Sequence record: KJ019103.1
DNA: 64,000 nucleotides
Reading direction: 5' to 3' (one strand)
The position numbers and the translations under genes were made by a program. Every line of letters starts with the position of its first letter. The first letter of the stretch is position 1. Below, piece by piece: positions 9,319 to 17,482 of the stretch. Under the pieces are notes generated by a model. The model saw only the letters and a program-made list of their open reading frames with translations, searched no databases and had not been told where the DNA came from.

Positions 9319-12176
9319 TCACACCGAAGTCCCTACTATCATTCCTATCTGAAGCCGCTGATTCTGAGGCTGCACAACAGGCTAAGGAGATGGGTTTAAC
9401 CTCTGCCGGTTATGGTAACTGGCGAGATAAACAGGGCAATGTTGTTGCCAAAACTGTAGATGGTCAGTTGGTGATGATTGACGCCAAGGCAGATCCTACG
9501 GCTAGACCAGCGGCACCTGAGGAGGAAATGCCACCTGAAGAGGAGGAGGAGCCCCAGTTTGTAGAACCAGATCCAGATATGGTTGAGACAGTAGCTAAGG
9601 GTCTTTCTGGTGGTAGATATAATATTGCATCAGCACAAAGGAAGAAAGCGTTACTGGCTTCTGCTAGACAGATATTAATCAATAAACAGATCCAAGACGC
9701 TCAGATGCAAGCCGATGCTGAAGCTCAGGCAGCGGCACAAAACCCACCAGAACCTACTCCAGAGGAGTTGGCACAACAACAGGCGGATATGGAACTACAG
9801 CAACAGAATGCTGTAATGGATACCGAACTGAAGGCACAGAGTGTTGAGAACGGGAAACTGGACCTTCAGATGAAGAAGGACCAGATGAAGCAACAGAAAG
9901 AGGCAGAGAAAGAAGCCAAGGCTATGGATAAGTTAGCCAAGAAGGCTCAGAGTCAGAAAGATCCTGGATCTATGGCTCAGAGGATGGCTAATGATGCTGA
10001 GTATGAGGCACAAGTTTCGAAGGATGGGGAAGAAGCTCTACTTGATGTTCAGACTGAACCTGATGTGGCTCCAGCGCCTAAACCAAAATCAAAGGCGTTA
10101 GATAAGGCTAACAAGAAAGCCAAAAAGATAGATACCACAGATTCTTCTGATAAAGAACTAAGATCTGCTGCTGATGATGTTATTCGTAGTCTACTCAGTG
10201 GAAACACTAAGAGGGCAGATAAAACATATAAAGAAATTAAGAGAAAGTCATTCAGTCAACTAAGAAATCAGACAGATAAACCACAGAAGAGGGAAGATCC
10301 TAAAGTAACAGAGGAGAGATTTGCCTCTCTAGTTGATAATATCGATCCTAACAATCTAGGACCTGGTATGAGATATGATCCCATCAGAGGAAAGGCTTCC
10401 GCTAAGACGGCGGTTCTAAGTGGATTTGATTCACCAGAAGATTTCCCAGAGTTTCAATCCAAAGAACTAAAAGGTCTCACCTCACTTATCAGAGACTATA
10501 TTGAGAAAGAGAACACTATGTGGTTCAACTCCGAGGTAGATAGGAAGAGTGGTGAAGGTGATTTCTCCCTAGATGGTTCTGAATACTTTAGTGATGAGGA
10601 AGCCAAGTCAGTGAATACAGATCTCAAGAACTCTGCTGATATTTCACAGTTCTTAGATTGGGGTCTAACCTCAACCAAGGCTGGGAAGTTTGGTGCGCAG
10701 AAACTAGCCTATCCACAGGAAAGAATGGCTCTTATTGATAACTATGATAGTGAGGAATCTACATCACCAGAAGAACTTGTGGCTAAATCAACCATCAATA
10801 AGGTTTCAGATAATGAGGTGGATAAATCTTGGAGTACTCTTTCTGGTTCTAAAAAGAAGTGGTTTGAGACTGCTGGTCACGGTAGGGGGGGATCACACCC
10901 ATACTGGAAGGAGAACCCAGAAGAGTGGGGCAAAGCTATGTTGAAGAGGTATCTAGAACAGGGTGGTAGGGATGGATACCTCCACTTTGAGGGAGCCCCA
11001 CCACTACAGTTCAAGGATATGGCAGCTGATCACGTAATCTCCTACGCAGATAACACTGATTATTGGAAGAAGAAAGCACTAGAAGAAGATCCAAACCTAC
11101 AGGGATCTGAACTAGCAGAGAGGGCAAAACGGATCTCTGATGACCCATCTAACATTATCTTCACCCGATGGGGATTCAATCAACAGCAGAAAGATAAGAA
11201 TCCTCTATGGGATGTTAGACAGAGATATGAGAAAGAATCTAAACAGGGTGCCTCGAAGCAAGATAATAAGGCACAGGAAAGTCAGAATAAAAAGAGGAGA
11301 GGTGAACTTCGTAATGAGTTGTATTGGAAACCACTTCAGGAAGCAGTTGGTGAGATAACAAAGAGGGACAAGAGTGGAAACATGAAGTTAACTCGAGAGG
11401 GTTATGATGAACTTCGTAATTATGCGAAAACTGGGTATCAGATGTTAGACAAATCTGGATATGGTAGAGACCTATCCAAATCTGCTGGCTTCTACCAGAG
11501 AAACGCTATGACAGACGCGTATCGTGCTCTAATTGGATCTATCAAACCTGGTATTCAGATCTTTGGTAGAGACAGACTCCGTGGTGGTGACGGACAACAG
11601 GCGAGTGACTGGCAGGGTATTGACGGAAAACACTCCAATACTGCGGCAGATGGAAACATAGATCAGGGATCAATGGTTGATCCAGGCACTGATTATGTGA
11701 AGCACGCTATGGCACAACTACACCTATTCGGTGGTGATAAAGGTAGACTTCTCGCCAAAGAATCTATGGATAGAATCAAGAGAGCGGGTGATGCTCTAGT
11801 TGTTGGTGATATTGGAACTGGAATGTTCACGAAATATATCGCTGATAACCTATCTGCTATGAAGCAACTAGCAGACGAGGGTGGTTTGGAATTGGATTAT
11901 GATGATGAATCTGGAGATCACCAGAGAATCCTTAACGCAAACATCATAAAGAATGTTCTAAAGGAGAAGAACCCTTCTGGTTATCGTTTGGAAGAAGATA
12001 TCTTCAATGAAGATAGACCAGCGATGAGAGGAAACATAGCGAAGAAGAGGAATGATGAAGAGTTCACTAGACTGAATGAGGATCTACGTGCACTTATGAA
12101 TCCTGGTGAATGGGATGAGATCTATAAGGATACTGTTCTTGAACAGTTTGAATATGATGGGGAACTTATGTTATAA
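9315..12176 (+). CDS. large probable virion-internal protein with central HNH-like nuclease motif
   Basis: N-term KSLLSFLSE/A plus a domain shared with ORF 16249; central RYLEQGGRDGY...MAADHVIS...DDPSNIIFTRWGFNQQQKD. Confidence 0.6.
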   Translation: MITPKSLLSFLSEAADSEAAQQAKEMGLTSAGYGNWRDKQGNVVAKTVDGQLVMIDAKADPTARPAAPEEEMPPEEEEEPQFVEPDPDMVETVAKGLSGGRYNIASAQRKKALLASARQILINKQIQDAQMQADAEAQAAAQNPPEPTPEELAQQQADMELQQQNAVMDTELKAQSVENGKLDLQMKKDQMKQQKEAEKEAKAMDKLAKKAQSQKDPGSMAQRMANDAEYEAQVSKDGEEALLDVQTEPDVAPAPKPKSKALDKANKKAKKIDTTDSSDKELRSAADDVIRSLLSGNTKRADKTYKEIKRKSFSQLRNQTDKPQKREDPKVTEERFASLVDNIDPNNLGPGMRYDPIRGKASAKTAVLSGFDSPEDFPEFQSKELKGLTSLIRDYIEKENTMWFNSEVDRKSGEGDFSLDGSEYFSDEEAKSVNTDLKNSADISQFLDWGLTSTKAGKFGAQKLAYPQERMALIDNYDSEESTSPEELVAKSTINKVSDNEVDKSWSTLSGSKKKWFETAGHGRGGSHPYWKENPEEWGKAMLKRYLEQGGRDGYLHFEGAPPLQFKDMAADHVISYADNTDYWKKKALEEDPNLQGSELAERAKRISDDPSNIIFTRWGFNQQQKDKNPLWDVRQRYEKESKQGASKQDNKAQESQNKKRRGELRNELYWKPLQEAVGEITKRDKSGNMKLTREGYDELRNYAKTGYQMLDKSGYGRDLSKSAGFYQRNAMTDAYRALIGSIKPGIQIFGRDRLRGGDGQQASDWQGIDGKHSNTAADGNIDQGSMVDPGTDYVKHAMAQLHLFGGDKGRLLAKESMDRIKRAGDALVVGDIGTGMFTKYIADNLSAMKQLADEGGLELDYDDESGDHQRILNANIIKNVLKEKNPSGYRLEEDIFNEDRPAMRGNIAKKRNDEEFTRLNEDLRALMNPGEWDEIYKDTVLEQFEYDGELML

Positions 12177-12177
12177 T
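12148..12177 (+). promoter_or_regulatory. early promoter of MTase cluster, inside 3' end of upstream gene
   Basis: TTGAAT-N18-TATAAT with TG extension. Confidence 0.7.
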
Positions 12178-12202
12178 ATAGAGAGTCTCTCTGTATTATA
12201 GT

Positions 12203-12976
12203 ATGATTGATCTGATCCACGAAGAGTGTATCGCTGGTATGAATAAACTCCCAGAGGGTAGTGTGGATGTGATTGTTACTTCCCCTCCCTACAATCTGGG
12301 TATCGATTATTCCACATATTCTGATAAGAAGGGTAGGGTAGAGTATTTGTCATGGATGCGGGATGTATTTCTTGCCGCCAGGAGAGTTCTAAAGGATCAG
12401 GGACATCTTTTTCTAAATGTTGGTTATTCTAATATTGATCCTTGGGTTAACATGGATGTTGCACAGACACTCCGTGAAGATTGGGTGTTGCAGAATAATA
12501 TTTGTTGGGTTAAATCTATTCACGTTGGGGATAAAACAACAGGACACTTCAAACCAATCAACTCCAAGAGGTTTATTAACCCAACATGGGAGTCACTATT
12601 TCACTTCACTAAAGACGGGAATGTGGAGATTGATAAACTAGGTGTAGGTGTTCCCTTTGAGGTGAAGTCTAATATCAAGAGGTGTGGTCACGCACAGGAC
12701 CTACGGGACAGGGGAAACAGTTGGTTTGTTCCCTATCCACACATCGCTAGGAAGCACCAGAAAGCAAACCATCCCGCTATCTTTCCTCCTGATCTGGTGA
12801 AGTTTTGTCTAAAGACTTCTGGTATTGATAAAGGTGTTCTGATGGATCCTTTTGTTGGAACTGGAACTTCAGCGTGGGTAGCACAAGAGATGGAATGGGA
12901 CTTTATAGGTTATGATATTGATGAAGAGTATTTGGATTTTGCTAGATCGAGGTTAATGAATGTCACAGCGTTTTGA
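12203..12976 (+). CDS. beta-class N4-C/N6-A DNA methyltransferase
   Basis: VTSPPY near N-term; HPAIFP; DPFVGTGT and GYDID near C-term. Confidence 0.93.
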   Translation: MIDLIHEECIAGMNKLPEGSVDVIVTSPPYNLGIDYSTYSDKKGRVEYLSWMRDVFLAARRVLKDQGHLFLNVGYSNIDPWVNMDVAQTLREDWVLQNNICWVKSIHVGDKTTGHFKPINSKRFINPTWESLFHFTKDGNVEIDKLGVGVPFEVKSNIKRCGHAQDLRDRGNSWFVPYPHIARKHQKANHPAIFPPDLVKFCLKTSGIDKGVLMDPFVGTGTSAWVAQEMEWDFIGYDIDEEYLDFARSRLMNVTAF

Positions 12977-13706
12977 TGTTGTTATTGGCAACCCCCCATA
13001 CCAGGATGGTAGTGGGGATAAAGAGAAGGGGTTATCTGGATCAAAGAAGAACCTATACTCTGCCTTTATCACCAAGAGTATTGAACTACTAAAACCCAAC
13101 GGATATCTATCATATATCTGTCCACCTGGATACATCAAAACAACTTCTATTGAGAAACCCTCACCACTATTCAAACTAATCCAACAGTATAATCTTATCT
13201 CTGTTGACTTCAATTGTAAGAAATACTTTCCAACAGTCTCCCTACCAGTCATCACCCGTTTCCTTCTACAGAACACAAAGGAATATAAGGGAACTGATTT
13301 TGGTAGTGAGGTCATTGATATTTCTCTTATGGATTATATACCTATCCATTGTTCCAAAGATACACTGAAACGGTTAGAAGAGGTAGTATCCAAGAAGAAA
13401 ACCCTAAACTTTAAGAGAGATGATAGTTTTGGGGTAGTGAATAGGTGTATCAAAGACAAAACTAACTTTGTCGTTATAGCACAAGTATCACCATCCAAAC
13501 TAGAAGTTTGTGTGAATGATGTATTGATAAATAAAAAGGGAAACAGGAAACCAGTTCATGTTATGGTATGTGATAATACTAGGCATGCGGAACGTATTGG
13601 TGATATAATGAGAAGCGAGAATGCCACATTTTTAAATACCACCCTACGATATGGTGATGGAAACGTCTATCCTGGAATCATTAACTACCTAAACTATGAA
13701 ATTTGA
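12960..13706 (+). CDS. Eco57I/gamma-class MTase C-terminal half (motif IV plus TRD, no motif I)
   Basis: Starts FDVVIGNPPY; NLYSAFI...LLKPNGYLSYICP; no FxGxG. Confidence 0.8.
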   Translation: MSQRFDVVIGNPPYQDGSGDKEKGLSGSKKNLYSAFITKSIELLKPNGYLSYICPPGYIKTTSIEKPSPLFKLIQQYNLISVDFNCKKYFPTVSLPVITRFLLQNTKEYKGTDFGSEVIDISLMDYIPIHCSKDTLKRLEEVVSKKKTLNFKRDDSFGVVNRCIKDKTNFVVIAQVSPSKLEVCVNDVLINKKGNRKPVHVMVCDNTRHAERIGDIMRSENATFLNTTLRYGDGNVYPGIINYLNYEI

Positions 13707-13737
13707 TGTTGTTATTGGCAACCCTCCATATCAGAAT
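12972..13737 (+). repeat. 36-nt direct repeat pair (12972-13007, 13702-13737)
   Basis: tttgatgttgttattggcaacccYccataYcagRat; 3 mismatches, 730 nt apart. Confidence 0.9.
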
Positions 13738-14601
13738 CCTGATGGTGTAAAGAACAAGAAGATCTGGTTATCTTTCTTTGATCTTGGTGTCTCTCTCCTA
13801 AAGGAGGGTGGCACTATGTGTTATATCACGCCCACCACTCACTTCTGGAGTTTGGGTAGAAAGTGGCAAACTGGTGTGTCTGCTGATATTCTACTGAAAC
13901 AGAACAACCTTCGTAGTGTAGATTTCACAACATCCAAACACTTCCCACAGGTTGGTGACTACATCTGCAACTATGTTCTACGCAAAGAACCTCCCAGTGG
14001 TATGGTAGATGTTATTGAGAAAGATGGGACAGAAGTTCTACGCCCACATAATGATGTCTATGATTGTGATGAGGAGAGACAAAAGGCAAAGTTCTTCTCT
14101 GCTATGAGAGAACTACGAGAGAAGTATGGGAAGTATCATATCCCCCACGACACAAGAGATAAGAGTCATTATAGTCAGACACAGGAGGGTGTGTATCAGC
14201 ATCCTACTTATATTTCGGCAGCAAAACAGATATGGTATGCTGACAGTCCTACACTAGGAACTGATACATTAAAGATTATTATGAATATGTCTTCCTACTT
14301 CTGGAATATCAATGATACTCAGAAGTATATGAGGATTGATTCAGGTCCTGGTGTTGGGTTATTGGGAAGAATGTTGGCAATTGATAGTGTGAAGGATGGT
14401 GAGAAGATAGTTGAGTACCTAACTTCACCACTAGTGAAGTTCTACATTGACTGTATGAAGAGAACATCCCCATGGAATCACGGGGTCTACCAGTTGCCAA
14501 AGTGTCACCATATGACAGAGGATGAGATTCTGGAAGAAATAGGTTATAATAAGGATGAGTTTTATAGCATGTATCCAGAACGTCTGGAAACCAAAGTATA
14601 G
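13696..14601 (+). CDS. second gamma-class MTase C-terminal half
   Basis: Starts MKFDVVIGNPPY; IWLSFF...LLKEGGTMCYITP; no motif I. Confidence 0.8.
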   Translation: MKFDVVIGNPPYQNPDGVKNKKIWLSFFDLGVSLLKEGGTMCYITPTTHFWSLGRKWQTGVSADILLKQNNLRSVDFTTSKHFPQVGDYICNYVLRKEPPSGMVDVIEKDGTEVLRPHNDVYDCDEERQKAKFFSAMRELREKYGKYHIPHDTRDKSHYSQTQEGVYQHPTYISAAKQIWYADSPTLGTDTLKIIMNMSSYFWNINDTQKYMRIDSGPGVGLLGRMLAIDSVKDGEKIVEYLTSPLVKFYIDCMKRTSPWNHGVYQLPKCHHMTEDEILEEIGYNKDEFYSMYPERLETKV

Positions 14602-14630
14602 TTGACAAGGGACCCCAGGTGTGTTATACT
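14602..14630 (+). promoter_or_regulatory. sigma70 early promoter
   Basis: TTGACA-N17-TATACT. Confidence 0.85.
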
Positions 14631-14655
14631 ATCTGGGTAGGTTAGGTTATTCTGT

Positions 14656-15537
14656 ATGGTGAAACCCCTGTTTAAGTGGACTGGTGGAAAGGGGCGACTA
14701 TTCCAGAAGTATCAAGATCTGAACTTCTTCCCAGAGGCAGACAGGTTCGACACATTTGTTGACCTGTTTTTTGGTGCTGGGTCAGTCACCCTTTGGGTTG
14801 CGGAGAAGTATCCAGATAAGAAACTCATTATTAATGATAAGAACACGGAACTTATGGGGTTATATACCCAAATACGTGATAACTGGGGTGAGTTTAGTGA
14901 GCACTATAAGAGAGTGTATAACGTATTCCTAGACACCCCAATAGAGAAAAGAAAGGCACTCTATAACTGTTATAAGAAGAGATATGCATGGAACTATAAG
15001 TGGTTGTCAGAAGCAGAGATTGCGGCAAACCTCTTGGTTATGATGAAGATTAACTTCAATGGTATTTGGTTAGCGTATAAGATGTATGGTCGTAGGTATT
15101 CTACGGCACCAGGGAAGATTGATTATAAAGAAAGTATCTTTGGTATGGAGAATGTGGAACAGTTCCGTCAAGTCCTACTACGGGCAACACTCTACAATAG
15201 ATCCTTTGAGGATGTTCCTATTCCTGATAACTCCTGGGTATTTGCTGATCCACCATACAGAGACACCAGAGATATGTATTCCGATACATTCACCGATGAA
15301 CTTCAGTCTAAACTGGCAAAGTTCATAGTTTCTACAGACGGACTATACTGTGAGTCTAATAAAGAAACTGGTGATGGTTTCTGGGGAGAACACTTCCCTA
15401 TGGAGAACATCCACTTCACAGATCACAAATACACTTGTGGTTATGGGGGATCCATTAACCCAGTCACTGAAGTTCTTATAAAGAACTATGGGAATAATAT
15501 CCCACAACCAACTACCCTTGATTCCTTTTTTAACTGA
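14656..15537 (+). CDS. Dam-like (D12) DNA adenine methyltransferase
   Basis: KWTGGKG, DLFFGAGS, FADPPY. Confidence 0.9.
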   Translation: MVKPLFKWTGGKGRLFQKYQDLNFFPEADRFDTFVDLFFGAGSVTLWVAEKYPDKKLIINDKNTELMGLYTQIRDNWGEFSEHYKRVYNVFLDTPIEKRKALYNCYKKRYAWNYKWLSEAEIAANLLVMMKINFNGIWLAYKMYGRRYSTAPGKIDYKESIFGMENVEQFRQVLLRATLYNRSFEDVPIPDNSWVFADPPYRDTRDMYSDTFTDELQSKLAKFIVSTDGLYCESNKETGDGFWGEHFPMENIHFTDHKYTCGYGGSINPVTEVLIKNYGNNIPQPTTLDSFFN

Positions 15538-15539
15538 TT

Positions 15540-16232
15540 ATGCAAAAGAAAAACCGTATCTCCCACGAAGAAGAAATTAAACTATGTCGTCAGGCACAAC
15601 TACAAGATCATACATCCAAGTATGCTATGACTAAAATGGTTAGTGCTAATATTGGGTTGGTTGAGAAACTCGCTAACAAACTCTACATCAAGAATGATCA
15701 ATACTCTTTCGATGATCTATACCAAGAGGGTGTATTTGGTCTTATCAGAGGAGTGAATAAGTTTGATCCTAGTGTTGGGTGTAGGTTTTCCACATATTCA
15801 TACTACTGGATCTATAGTTATATCATGAGGTATTGTGAGAATAACCTAGGCAAGATCCGTATTCCAACTCACCTCCGTGAGAAGATGAGGAAACAGAAAG
15901 ATAATAAAACAGAGTTGGATAAACTAAAATCAAAGGTTCCTTCAGTAGTATCATTGAATACAATAGTGGGTGAATCACTATCCTTGGATAATGTAGTTAC
16001 ATACACCGAGAATATCTCATTTGATGATGAGATGGAACATGTTTTGGTTGTTATGGGTGAGGTTTTAGATGAAAGAGAACACCAGGTTCTCTGTAGTAGG
16101 TTTGGTATTGGTGGTGAGAAACCACTATCCCAGAGAGAGTGTGCTAAACTACACAATGTTACACATGGTGCTATCTATTTGATTGAGAAGAAATCAATCA
16201 AGAAAATCAAACACTATATGGGGTATAAATAA
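15540..16232 (+). CDS. sigma70-family RNA polymerase sigma factor (divergent)
   Basis: Region 2 DLYQEGVFGLIRGVNKFDP..GCRFSTYSYYWI; region 4 VLCSRFGI...HTH. Confidence 0.88.
   Translation: MQKKNRISHEEEIKLCRQAQLQDHTSKYAMTKMVSANIGLVEKLANKLYIKNDQYSFDDLYQEGVFGLIRGVNKFDPSVGCRFSTYSYYWIYSYIMRYCENNLGKIRIPTHLREKMRKQKDNKTELDKLKSKVPSVVSLNTIVGESLSLDNVVTYTENISFDDEMEHVLVVMGEVLDEREHQVLCSRFGIGGEKPLSQRECAKLHNVTHGAIYLIEKKSIKKIKHYMGYK
16224..16231 (+). promoter_or_regulatory. T4-type late promoter (copies also at 17442, 19392, 45278, 54290, 55055, 56274, 58412)
   Basis: TATAAATA, the gp55 consensus, mostly just upstream of virion-type genes. Confidence 0.85.
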
Positions 16233-16248
16233 TACTATAGTAGATTCT

Positions 16249-17463
16249 ATGGCGATGAGATCGTTTCTAACATTCCTAACCGAAGCCCGTTCTCGTGCAT
16301 CTAAAAGAGCCAAAGAGTTGGGACTCACTGGCAACGGTCACGGTGGATGGGAAGATAACGAAGGTAACCTAGTCGCTATGACTGTGAAGGGTGATCTGGA
16401 GTTTGTGAAGGGAAGAGAACCCAAAGAGGAAGAAGAACCCGATGAAAAGAATTCTGTTCCTGAAGAGGAGCCAACATCCAACAAAGCGCCTGGGGTAGAT
16501 CCAGAGAACACAGATACTCCAAGACAGAAAGAACCAGCGCCTGTTCCCAAAGATAAGGGTATTCTAACTGTTGCTTTCGGTAGGTTTAACCCTCCTACGA
16601 TTGGACATGAGAAACTAATCAATACTGTAGCATCATATTCAGAGAACGGTGATTACATAATCATTCCCTCTAGGAGTGAGGATAAGAAGAAGAACCCTTT
16701 AGATATCGACACTAAAGTTAGTATCATGAGGCAGATGTATCCAACACACGCCGAGAAGATTGTTAACGATCCACATAACAGAACCATCTTTGATGTTATG
16801 CGTAAGGCGCATAATGATGGTTACGCTGGTATTAGGATTGTTGGTGGTGGAGATAGAGTTAAGGAATATGAGAAGTTAGCCAACGCATATAACGGATCTA
16901 CCTATCAGTTTGATGAAATTGATGTAGTAAACGCTGGTGACAGGGATCCAGATGCAGAAGGTGCAGAGGGTATGTCTGCTTCCAAGATGAGAAAAGCAGC
17001 AGCTGATAACGACTTTGCTTCTTTCAGAAAGGGAATGCCAAAGACTCTCAGTAACGATCAGATGGTTTCTATCTACACTCAGGTCCAGAAGTCTATGGGT
17101 GTAACACCTAAGGAAGCTGTAATTGAAAACTGGAAAGTTGCTCCTAGACTGTATCCACAGGAACTGAGAGAGGCTTATATCCAAAACGAAATCTATAATA
17201 TTGGTGATACTGTCAGTCATGACACCACTGGTATGGTAGGTAAGATCGTAAGAAAGGGAACTAACCACTTGATCTGCGTAACAGAAAGTGAAGAGATGTT
17301 CAAGACCTGGACACAGGATGTTAGTCCTGCGGATCTAAAACCACAACCAGCAATCTCTACTCCAAAGGAGAGGGAAGTTGGAACAGATTCCCTTAGATCT
17401 TTCCTTCAAAGGATCACTCCAGGAGAGAAAGAGCAATCCTTTATAAATAAACATAAGAAATAA
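16249..17463 (+). CDS. cytidylyltransferase-like (HIGH-family) nucleotidyltransferase
   Basis: FGRFNPPTIGH, GGGDRV, MSASKMR; start moved to ATG16249 after late promoter. Confidence 0.88.
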   Translation: MAMRSFLTFLTEARSRASKRAKELGLTGNGHGGWEDNEGNLVAMTVKGDLEFVKGREPKEEEEPDEKNSVPEEEPTSNKAPGVDPENTDTPRQKEPAPVPKDKGILTVAFGRFNPPTIGHEKLINTVASYSENGDYIIIPSRSEDKKKNPLDIDTKVSIMRQMYPTHAEKIVNDPHNRTIFDVMRKAHNDGYAGIRIVGGGDRVKEYEKLANAYNGSTYQFDEIDVVNAGDRDPDAEGAEGMSASKMRKAAADNDFASFRKGMPKTLSNDQMVSIYTQVQKSMGVTPKEAVIENWKVAPRLYPQELREAYIQNEIYNIGDTVSHDTTGMVGKIVRKGTNHLICVTESEEMFKTWTQDVSPADLKPQPAISTPKEREVGTDSLRSFLQRITPGEKEQSFINKHKK

Positions 17464-17482
17464 GACAGTTCCTTTTTAGAAG

